This document shows positions 1 to 6,136 of a stretch of 29,909 nt of DNA, piece after piece (within the stretch, counting starts at the first letter, position 1; each line of letters opens with the position of its first letter). The position numbers and the translations under genes are program-made. This DNA is from a virus (Duplodnaviria > Caudoviricetes): positions 1 to 29,909 of the IMG/VR virus record IMGVR_UViG_3300046777_000118; one strand, given 5' to 3'. The notes under the pieces are model-generated. The model was not told the DNA's origin, made no database searches, and worked only from the letters and a program-made list of their open reading frames with translations.

Positions 1-270
1 CACATCACGGTATGCGTGGCAGTGCTTGAGTTGTTTGTGCAGCAGCTCGTGTGCACGCACGTAGCGCATCTGCTTGCGATTCTGTGACACCACGAAGTCA
101 GGGTTATAGACCTCGTCACGACCGTTAGTCGCAGCGTAAGTTACACGATCAGAGATCTCGATGTCGCCAACCACAGCGACACAGCTGAGCTGTGCGAACC
201 GTGTATCTTTTGTGAAGTCGATGCCCACTGCCGTGATGCGCTCACGTGGGGTAAGTGTAGTAAATGACAT
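1..270 (-). CDS. Putative metallopeptidase, DUF2201/VWA-like family N-terminus (partial, runs off the window)
   Basis: Not in the ORF track. Manual translation from ATG at 270 gives MSFTTLTPRERITAVG...AATNGRDEVYNPDFV...VRAHELLHKQLKH, with AATxG...NP.F and HExxH motifs. AGGAG RBS upstream; lies downstream of a MoxR-like ATPase. Confidence 0.8.
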   Translation of the reverse strand, partial: MSFTTLTPRERITAVGIDFTKDTRFAQLSCVAVVGDIEISDRVTYAATNGRDEVYNPDFVVSQNRKQMRYVRAHELLHKQLKHCHAYRDV

Positions 271-293
271 AACATCTCTCCTTGTAGTTAAAG

Positions 294-1166
294 TTAAAAC
301 GACAGCTTGTCGATGAGTGCATCGACGTTCTTGCGCACGTCCTCACGGACGGACATGTTGTTGCGTAACTCTTTAGCGTCCACACCACTTAGTGCCTGTG
401 ACAGGCCCACACGCGCTTGCTCAAGCTCAACGTCCCCCACGATGTTGAGGTGCTTGACCATGTCACATAACTCAAGCGCACCCGTGACGAGTGAGTCGTG
501 GAACTTGCGCGTCTTACTCTCCCCGTCCACGTTGTCGTACCCCAGCCTGTCCTGCATGCGCGTGAGGTGCGTCTTGAGTCGCTGGCGTATGTCCTGCATC
601 GCTGCCTCGACGCGATCATCTGCGAGCTTGTTGAGCTTGTCCTGCAGTTCTTTCTGTGCGTCGTTGCCCACGTCCACACGGAAGTCACCCGCTGTGGGCA
701 CAGGCATGTAGTTGACCTTGAACGCAAACTTACTCTGCAACTCATCGGGCGTGGGGTAGTCCTCGCGTCTGAACATGTCACCAAGCGCCATCGCTTGTGC
801 TGTGATGAGTGACGGGTAGACCTTGATGAAGTCCTCGACGTAGCTGAAGAACGTGTCCTCGCTGTCGTGCATGCGCTTGCTGAACTCCATGAAGAACGTC
901 GTCGGTAATAAGCGCAAGCCATTGTCAGACCACGGCATGGTGTTCTCGTACACGAATGTGCGCACACTGCCAATGTAAGTCTGGATCACGTCCAGCTCGT
1001 TGCGACCTGCGAGCAGGTGCTTGTTGACTCGTGCTGCATCTTTAGCAGCAGCGTTCTTGCTGGACACAACCTCGTCGGTTGTTTTCTTGTCGAGCTTACG
1101 TGCTGTCCATACGGACGCGTTGAACTCAACGAGTAGTGAGCAGGTGTCTATGTTGAAACGTGTCAT
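294..1166 (-). CDS. Conserved phage protein, DUF3150-like
   Basis: 290-aa ORF with AGGAG RBS. N-terminal LVEFNASVWTARKLD and later TMPWSD.G.RLLP / PVP..GDFR motifs recalled from phage proteins found between AAA and VWA genes. Confidence 0.6.
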   Translation of the reverse strand: MTRFNIDTCSLLVEFNASVWTARKLDKKTTDEVVSSKNAAAKDAARVNKHLLAGRNELDVIQTYIGSVRTFVYENTMPWSDNGLRLLPTTFFMEFSKRMHDSEDTFFSYVEDFIKVYPSLITAQAMALGDMFRREDYPTPDELQSKFAFKVNYMPVPTAGDFRVDVGNDAQKELQDKLNKLADDRVEAAMQDIRQRLKTHLTRMQDRLGYDNVDGESKTRKFHDSLVTGALELCDMVKHLNIVGDVELEQARVGLSQALSGVDAKELRNNMSVREDVRKNVDALIDKLSF

Positions 1167-1187
1167 GGTAACTCTCCTAAAGTAATA

Positions 1188-1206
1188 GGGGACATGTGCG
1201 TCCCCG
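1188..1206. repeat. GGGGAC-N-GTCCCC palindromic hairpin, copy 1
   Basis: GGGGACATGTGCGTCCCCG in the intergenic gap between the AAA and DUF3150-like genes. Confidence 0.85.
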
Positions 1207-1223
1207 TTTGTTGCAACTACGGA

Positions 1224-2357
1224 TCAGACATTCACAAACTTGTTGTACTCACGCAGCATCAACTGGAACGGCTCGACGGTGTAGAAGTACGTCACCTTTG
1301 TCGAGTTAGCGATCTGGTTGATGAACAACTGCTTGTGCTCCTCGCGTGGCATGCGCGTCACGTATGTTGTAACTGCTGCCGCCTCGTCCCTGTCCTTAAC
1401 GCGTGACACAAACTGCTGCACCTGCACCATCTGTGCTATGGGGTCGTTGACCAACGGCGCACCCGTGGGGTTGTTACACACGAGCATGTAGTCAGGCAGC
1501 GTGTTACCGAGGCGTATGACTGTGAGGATCTTTTCAGCAGCCACACCCACCGCACCCCACAACAGCGCACGTAACGTCTGCGCATCCATCATGTCCATAC
1601 AGCGCACGATGTCCGAGGATGCCTCGAATGTGCGAGGCGACGCGTAGCTGTCTTGCGTCTCGCGTGGGTTGTAGATGTCAGGGTTGTCGAGCTTGAGCGT
1701 CTTGTCGTGGTGCTTGCCCCCCTCCTCATAGTCGAGGAATGAGTCAAACAGCGAGGGGTACTGACTTGTTGTAGCAATCACTCGGTAGTCGAGACCCTTG
1801 TTGATCGCGTACTCTTTCCACTCAGGCTGCGTGGGCTTGCGCATCTGCACGGTTATGCGTCTGCTGCGGATGTGTGCACGTGTGCTATCACCGAGACCCT
1901 CAGCGCCGAGGTTAGACGCAGCGATGACGAGCGACCCTTCGGGGAAGTGATAGTCCCCCACGCGGTAGTCATACATGATGGGCGCAAGTACGTTCTGTAT
2001 GTACTGCGGTGCTTTGTCCACCTCGTCGAGGAACACCACGACAGGACGCGAGCCGTTGACACCGAGCCGGTTAGTCCTGCTCAGCCCGAAGCGCTCGTTG
2101 GGTAACTCGCGTGATACACCTGCCTCGCGGTCGATGTCAGGCATCCACACCGAACCATCAGACATCTGCGTTGCGTCGATGGGATCGACGAAGATGTGGT
2201 TAGCGAACTGCGGGTCGTTGCGCAGCGCCATGACACAGGCCGTCTTGCCTATGCCGTTCTCACCCTGCACGTAGATGGTACGCCGCACACCGTTAGCGTT
2301 GAACGCCTTGATCGCCGACGTGACTTGGGCGTGTGAGAGCATGTTGTTCATGTCCAT
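1224..2357 (-). CDS. MoxR-like AAA+ ATPase
   Basis: Walker A GENGIGKT, Walker B VVVFLDE, sensor-I-like AASN, arginine-finger-like RSR; AAGGA RBS. Confidence 0.85.
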   Translation of the reverse strand: MDMNNMLSHAQVTSAIKAFNANGVRRTIYVQGENGIGKTACVMALRNDPQFANHIFVDPIDATQMSDGSVWMPDIDREAGVSRELPNERFGLSRTNRLGVNGSRPVVVFLDEVDKAPQYIQNVLAPIMYDYRVGDYHFPEGSLVIAASNLGAEGLGDSTRAHIRSRRITVQMRKPTQPEWKEYAINKGLDYRVIATTSQYPSLFDSFLDYEEGGKHHDKTLKLDNPDIYNPRETQDSYASPRTFEASSDIVRCMDMMDAQTLRALLWGAVGVAAEKILTVIRLGNTLPDYMLVCNNPTGAPLVNDPIAQMVQVQQFVSRVKDRDEAAAVTTYVTRMPREEHKQLFINQIANSTKVTYFYTVEPFQLMLREYNKFVNV

Positions 2358-2390
2358 AATAGTTTCCTTGAGTTGTTTGTGAGAAATATG

Positions 2391-2419
2391 ATTAGACCCC
2401 AGGTGGGGTAAGTTGTCAA
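2391..2419 (-). promoter_or_regulatory. Sigma70-type promoter for the AAA operon
   Basis: TTGACA (2419-2414), 17-nt spacer, TCTAAT (2396-2391). The spacer contains the inverted repeat ACCCC-N4-GGGGT. Confidence 0.7.
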
Positions 2420-2434
2420 GTATTAGACATTGTG

Positions 2435-2662
2435 TTAGTCAAGCATGTTAGTTCTCCTTAAGATGTTTGTGAGATGTGGGGATATGGGGACATCAGCGTC
2501 CCCGATTAGTTCTTCCATAACTTCTTGGTACACCTCCGTCCAGTATGTGTAGCCGATGCGTCCCTTGTCGTGCAGGTTGAGGTGGTATGTGCAGTGGATG
2601 GGCGCATAGTGTCCGTAGAGCTTGAGCATCTTCAGCGCGGTGTAGCGTGGGTCTGGTTTCAT
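2435..2662 (-). CDS. Hypothetical protein (75 aa)
   Basis: Likely start is ATG 2662 (MKPDPRY...), with a GAGGAG RBS and an ATGA overlap with the upstream gene's stop. Confidence 0.6.
   Translation of the reverse strand: MKPDPRYTALKMLKLYGHYAPIHCTYHLNLHDKGRIGYTYWTEVYQEVMEELIGDADVPISPHLTNILRRTNMLD
2486..2504. repeat. GGGGAC-N-GTCCCC hairpin, copy 2
   Basis: GGGGACATCAGCGTCCCCG, followed on the minus strand by TCTCACAAACATCTTAAGGAGAA. Confidence 0.8.
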
Positions 2663-3009
2663 ATAAGCTCCTCTGGTATGTCGATGTCGTCTCCAAGTTT
2701 TGATGCTACGTAGCACCGCATAGCTGCGATGAGTGGGGTTGGGCCATCTTCAAACGCAGTAGCGGTATGCTGCGCGTCGTATGCCATTGCGTTCCAACAT
2801 CCACGCAAAGACTTGGCGAGAAAGATTTCCTCCTGCTCAATAATCGGGCCACCTTGCGTCCAGTCGGTTGATGGGCGGTATCTTCCACCATTCAGGTCTG
2901 ATACGACATCCACCCCTTCGAGTGTTCCGTCCCAGTCTTCCGCACCATCAAATTCACACTTCGCCACTGCCCAATCAAGGGCAAGTCCTGTTAGTTCATT
3001 TGTTTTCAT
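2659..3009 (-). CDS. Phage NinX/DUF2591-like protein
   Basis: Motifs ELTG.ALDWAVAK, Y.PSTDW.QGGPIIE and GPTPLIAAMRCYVASKLG; AAGGAG RBS. Confidence 0.8.
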   Translation of the reverse strand: MKTNELTGLALDWAVAKCEFDGAEDWDGTLEGVDVVSDLNGGRYRPSTDWTQGGPIIEQEEIFLAKSLRGCWNAMAYDAQHTATAFEDGPTPLIAAMRCYVASKLGDDIDIPEELI

Positions 3010-3185
3010 GCTTGCTCTCCTTTAGTTGCATTTGCCAGTTCTTCACAGCACAGGCACTCACCGCACCGACAGATTCGCCCAACGGCTATGCGCTCTTGGC
3101 GCAGGTACTCCTCGCGTGACTCCGGCTCTTTCTTCTGCTCATACTTGAGCACGTTTAAGTTTCCCCACGTTTCGTATCCGTTCAT
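3006..3185 (-). CDS. Small Cys-rich hypothetical protein (59 aa)
   Basis: Below the ORF-track cutoff. MNGYETWG...ICRCGECLCCEELANATKGEQA; AGGAG RBS; ATGA overlap with the next gene. Confidence 0.7.
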   Translation of the reverse strand: MNGYETWGNLNVLKYEQKKEPESREEYLRQERIAVGRICRCGECLCCEELANATKGEQA

Positions 3186-3186
3186 C

Positions 3187-3267
3187 TCAATCTCCTAGTA
3201 TGAGTATGGTCAGCGCTACACCAAAAGCGAAAGCTATGGCGTAGCCAATGATGGCGTCCCAGTTCAT
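3187..3267 (-). CDS. 26-aa single-pass membrane peptide
   Basis: MNWDAIIGYAIAFAFGVALTILILGD with a strong AAGGAG RBS; fills the gap between hairpin copy 3 and the next gene. Confidence 0.6.
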   Translation of the reverse strand: MNWDAIIGYAIAFAFGVALTILILGD

Positions 3268-3297
3268 GTGATTCTCCTTGAGTTGTTTGTGAGATAT

Positions 3298-3316
3298 GGG
3301 GACATGTGTGTCCCCG
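3298..3316. repeat. GGGGAC-N-GTCCCC hairpin, copy 3
   Basis: GGGGACATGTGTGTCCCCG, intergenic. Confidence 0.85.
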
Positions 3317-3339
3317 TTGGGTTGGGCGTTGTTGTTGGG

Positions 3340-3861
3340 TTAGATAGTTGGGATTAGTTTCTTGGTGGGTCTGCCTCGCTTTCGTATTGTGAAAGGGTTG
3401 TTGATGGGGTTGGCTAGTTGTTGGCGTAGCTTAGTGGTGCGGTTTGTTTCTGCAATGAGCGCTTGCTGTTCTCTGCGTATGGACTGCTCAAGTAGTTGCA
3501 GCTTCACGTTCTCTGGTTTCAATGATGGGTACTTGAGCATGACGTGATGCAGGAGCATGGCTGCTTTCTTGTTACGTGATTCTTGTGCCTTGCGTCGTGC
3601 GATCTCAGCGTCGTAGTCAATTTGCTTGAGGTCGCCAGACGCTACGCGGTTGGCTAGTTCTTTACGTGATAGCTCACTGATGTGTCTGCGTTTGGGGCGG
3701 CAGTCTCGGCAGAGTTTGGATTCAATCCACGGTAAACGGTTGCCGGATAAACCACGCGAAATTGCCTGTGCGCGGGTTCCAAGATAACGAAAATGAGTGG
3801 TTGGGAAGGTGAGATTGCACTTGGTGCAGGTGCGTGTGTGGGTCGTTTTAGCGTGTGACAT
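3340..3861 (-). CDS. Basic zinc-finger / AT-hook DNA-binding protein (173 aa)
   Basis: Likely start ATG 3861 (MSHAK...) with AAGGA RBS. Two CxxC pairs (CTKC, CRDC) and a C-terminal RKRGRP AT-hook-like motif. Confidence 0.6.
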   Translation of the reverse strand: MSHAKTTHTRTCTKCNLTFPTTHFRYLGTRAQAISRGLSGNRLPWIESKLCRDCRPKRRHISELSRKELANRVASGDLKQIDYDAEIARRKAQESRNKKAAMLLHHVMLKYPSLKPENVKLQLLEQSIRREQQALIAETNRTTKLRQQLANPINNPFTIRKRGRPTKKLIPTI

Positions 3862-3879
3862 GTCTAATCCTTTACAAAA

Positions 3880-4245
3880 AGTGTCAAAAGTGTCCACATT
3901 GTCCAGATGGGTAGTGGACAGTGGTTTGCCCAATAACCACAGGGCTTGCAGCATAGTCGCCTCGAATTGCGGAAAATGAAGTGGACAGTCGGGAGCCCAA
4001 TAGCTGCGGGGAAATCGGCAAAAGTGTCCAGGTGTCCACCAAATTTTGGGAAAACACAAACTTGGGAAAGTAAAAAAGAAAAAGGGAAGCAAAGGCTCTT
4101 ATACATATTAATACATTACCCATTATTATTATATATATCTAATGACTTTTGATATAGATATAGGGGATGCCCCGTGGGACGGGGCTTTTCCGTGTACCAC
4201 GCCTATGTCCAAGCTGCACAAAAAACTGGGTCGCACTGGACATTT
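3880..4245. other. Candidate replication origin (short repeats plus AT-rich core)
   Basis: Non-coding. Eight TGTCCA/TGGACA hexamers flank an AT-rich tract at ~4098-4162. Confidence 0.45.
4169..4189 (+). terminator. GC-rich hairpin, possible intrinsic terminator
   Basis: GCCCCGT-GGG-ACGGGGC followed by TTTT. Confidence 0.4.
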
Positions 4246-4285
4246 CATAATGTGAAATAATCACTCCACAACGTGTTAAGGAGAA

Positions 4286-4474
4286 CTATAGCCAGCGTGA
4301 GGGCTTGTCGTTGTTGAAGCGCCATAGCAGAGCGATCATCTGGTCGTTGGTTGGAGCGTGTGTGCCGCGTTCGAGAGTGGGCTTGGTTGGGCGTGGAGCG
4401 TCTTGTTGGTGTTTGAGCGCAAGCATCTGCTCGTGGGTGAGTTTGGTGAATGTGTCGTGCCAGTATTTGTTCAT
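4286..4474 (-). CDS. Hypothetical protein (62 aa)
   Basis: Start ATG 4474 (MNKYWHD...) with AAGGAG RBS. Confidence 0.65.
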   Translation of the reverse strand: MNKYWHDTFTKLTHEQMLALKHQQDAPRPTKPTLERGTHAPTNDQMIALLWRFNNDKPSRWL

Positions 4475-4506
4475 GGTAGTTCTCCTTGATAAGTGAGGGA
4501 ATAAAA

Positions 4507-4523
4507 GGGGACATGTGTCCCCG
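4507..4523. repeat. GGGGAC-N-GTCCCC hairpin, copy 4 (U-tract on minus strand)
   Basis: GGGGACATGTGTCCCCG; the minus strand continues TTTTATT. Confidence 0.85.
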
Positions 4524-4530
4524 ATATGAA

Positions 4531-4938
4531 TCAAAGTGCTGCTTTGATGGCAGCGAGTTGCTTGGGGGTGAGCTTGGCTTTGTTGATGTAGTCGAGCACT
4601 TTCTTGACTGCGTCAACGCGCTTCTTGGGCTTGGGTTCTGCTTTGCCTTTGCTTGGCTCCATGATCTTAGCGATAAGCCGTTGGAGTTGTTTCTTGGCAG
4701 TCTCGTAGTTGGATGCGTCCTTGTCGAGCACGTATGTGCCTGCTGCCTTGCGCTGCCCTTCGAGTACATCAACACCGTAATGCTTGCCCACGGTGTGAAT
4801 GATGGATTGACGGATGACGACAGCATCATCGCCATAGAAATAGTCTTGAAGCTCTGCAAAGTTAGTTGCTAGCTTGTCCATGTTGATAAGGGCGGACTTG
4901 AGCATTGCAACGTATGCGGGTTGAAGGTTCTTAGCCAT
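4531..4938 (-). CDS. Hypothetical basic early protein (135 aa), first gene of the leftward operon
   Basis: Start ATG 4938 (MAKNLQP...) with GGAG RBS; Lys/Ala-rich C-terminus. Confidence 0.75.
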   Translation of the reverse strand: MAKNLQPAYVAMLKSALINMDKLATNFAELQDYFYGDDAVVIRQSIIHTVGKHYGVDVLEGQRKAAGTYVLDKDASNYETAKKQLQRLIAKIMEPSKGKAEPKPKKRVDAVKKVLDYINKAKLTPKQLAAIKAAL

Positions 4939-4959
4939 ATTTACTCTCCAAAAGAAAAA

Positions 4960-4976
4960 GGGGACATGTGTCCCCG
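4960..4976. repeat. GGGGAC-N-GTCCCC hairpin, copy 5 (U-tract on minus strand)
   Basis: GGGGACATGTGTCCCCG, identical to copy 4; the minus strand continues TTTTTCTTTT. Confidence 0.85.
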
Positions 4977-5116
4977 TTAGTGTGTGCTGTTTGATGATGT
5001 AGGCGGTTTTGGTGTTGCTTGGGTTAGTTTGTCGATTGATTTGACAGAGTTTGAAACCTGCCGCGACCCTCGCCGTCTGAATGCGTGATCGGCAACAGCA
5101 TCCCGACCACAACTAT

Positions 5117-5138
5117 ATTATACCACAACGTATTGTGG
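5117..5138 (-). promoter_or_regulatory. Extended -10 early promoter with overlapping palindrome
   Basis: TGTGGTATAAT (TGn-TATAAT, -10 at 5122-5117) overlapped by CCACAA-CGTA-TTGTGG (5123-5138). Confidence 0.65.
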
Positions 5139-5261
5139 AGAGCCTGACGGGGGTTATGCTTTTCGGCAGTTTTACAACCCCACTACTCCCGTATCCCCCC
5201 AACTGTGCGATGCAGGGACGATGCCGTATGGACACTATTTCACTCCCACACCACATATTTT

Positions 5262-5323
5262 TTACAAACTTTTACACCACCCACGCTAAGTACGCAAATT
5301 AATTACAAATCCTTACACCACCC
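5262..5323. repeat. Two 21-bp direct repeats TTACAAAnnnTTACACCACCC
   Basis: Copies at 5262-5282 and 5303-5323, 18/21 identical. Confidence 0.7.
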
Positions 5324-5404
5324 CCATACCAAAAACAAACACCTGCCCAAAAAAATTTTAAAAAATTGTACTTAAGTATTGTCAAATAATTGACATTGAT
5401 ACAT

Positions 5405-5430
5405 AAAAAATTCCCGGCGCGATGCCGGGA
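5405..5430 (-). terminator. Intrinsic terminator of the putative sRNA
   Basis: TCCCGGC-ATCGC-GCCGGGA followed by ATTTTTT on the minus strand. Confidence 0.75.
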
Positions 5431-5484
5431 TAAATCGTCGGGGGGAAGTGCCCAACTCAAGGAGAGTAGCATGGACATAGCTAC
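5405..5484 (-). ncRNA. Putative ~80-nt trans-acting antisense sRNA
   Basis: Promoter TTGACA-N17-TATTCT upstream and a terminator hairpin with U6 downstream. Body is complementary to the translation-initiation regions at 2350-2375 and 3265-3285. The 5' end is estimated from promoter geometry. Confidence 0.65.
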
Positions 5485-5490
5485 ACTTAT

Positions 5491-5519
5491 AGAATAGCTG
5501 CCTATTGCATACATGTCAA
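5491..5519 (-). promoter_or_regulatory. Sigma70-type promoter of the putative sRNA
   Basis: TTGACA (5519-5514), 17 nt, TATTCT (5496-5491). Confidence 0.7.
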
Positions 5520-5533
5520 TAAACCTTTAATCT
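5505..5533 (+). promoter_or_regulatory. Candidate rightward promoter for the terminase/morphogenesis operon
   Basis: TTGCAT (5505-5510), 17 nt, TAATCT (5528-5533); overlaps the divergent sRNA promoter. Confidence 0.45.
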
Positions 5534-5569
5534 ACGCCCACTTAAACAGAGGTGCCCCTTTTCCCTCGC

Positions 5570-6136
5570 ATGTTTGAACATCTTCTTACGCCTACTGTGT
5601 ATGACAGCCCACCAGCTATGACGATGGTGGATAAAGCCTCGCCTCAACAAGTCGTTGATGCGCAAGTAGCAACTGCAGACTTCTTAGAATCCATCGGCGC
5701 AGCATCCGAAGCGGAAGTAGACGCCAAGGCACAACAGAAGAACGCGCAGCTTGCGTTTGCAGCGATGACCGCAGGAGCGCCTACCGATCAGGTTAAGAAG
5801 AAATTGATGGCTAATACGACGCCAGAGGCTGTGCGGCACCTTGTAGGCATGCTGACGGCTTACGATTGGGCCTTTGTTGAGCAAGCGCGACAGATGCGTG
5901 GGTACGCCGTGGCTAAGATTCTGGAGGATACGGAGCACCCAGACCCCAGATACAGGCTAAAAGCGCTTGAGATGCTGGGTAAAGTGACCGAAGTGGCGCT
6001 ATTTACGGACCGCGTGGAGGTTAAAAAGACAGAAATGTCAGACGCGGAGATTGAAGAGAAGATTAAAGCCAAGCTTGGCAAGTATATGGGCGCTATTGAG
6101 GTAGAAGCCTCGGAAAAACCGCATGAATCTGAGTAA
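5570..6136 (+). CDS. Putative terminase small subunit
   Basis: Directly upstream of and overlapping terL; RLKALEMLGK...LF motif. Start is ATG 5570 or GTG 5552. Confidence 0.65.
   Translation: MFEHLLTPTVYDSPPAMTMVDKASPQQVVDAQVATADFLESIGAASEAEVDAKAQQKNAQLAFAAMTAGAPTDQVKKKLMANTTPEAVRHLVGMLTAYDWAFVEQARQMRGYAVAKILEDTEHPDPRYRLKALEMLGKVTEVALFTDRVEVKKTEMSDAEIEEKIKAKLGKYMGAIEVEASEKPHESE

Noticed and set aside
3862-4092. N-terminal extension of the 250-aa ORF and overlapping ORFs in 3864-4152
   Set aside because: No RBS and low-complexity translation across the repeat/AT-rich island. A good RBS sits at ATG 3861.
1188-4976. Palindromic repeats as a CRISPR array
   Set aside because: Copies are 450-1300 bp apart and separated by genes rather than uniform spacers; no cas genes are present.
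5043-5062. tRNA T-arm-like GGCAGGTTTCAAACTCTGTC on the minus strand
   Set aside because: No acceptor stem, D-arm or anticodon arm could be built around it.
4939-5112. Extension of the 193-aa ORF and a possible 25-aa leader peptide (MLLPITH...)
   Set aside because: The extension crosses the repeat hairpin and starts at the predicted TSS; the peptide lacks an SD. The RBS supports ATG 4938.
5471-5497. Plus-strand mini-ORF MDIATLIE with an AAGGAG RBS
   Set aside because: Only 8 codons and no properly spaced rightward promoter upstream. Better explained as the reverse complement of the candidate sRNA's anti-RBS segment.
5444-5557. 9-nt pairing of sRNA GGGCACUUC with the terS leader GAGGUGCCC
   Set aside because: Too short (8 Watson-Crick pairs plus one G-U) to distinguish from chance without computation.
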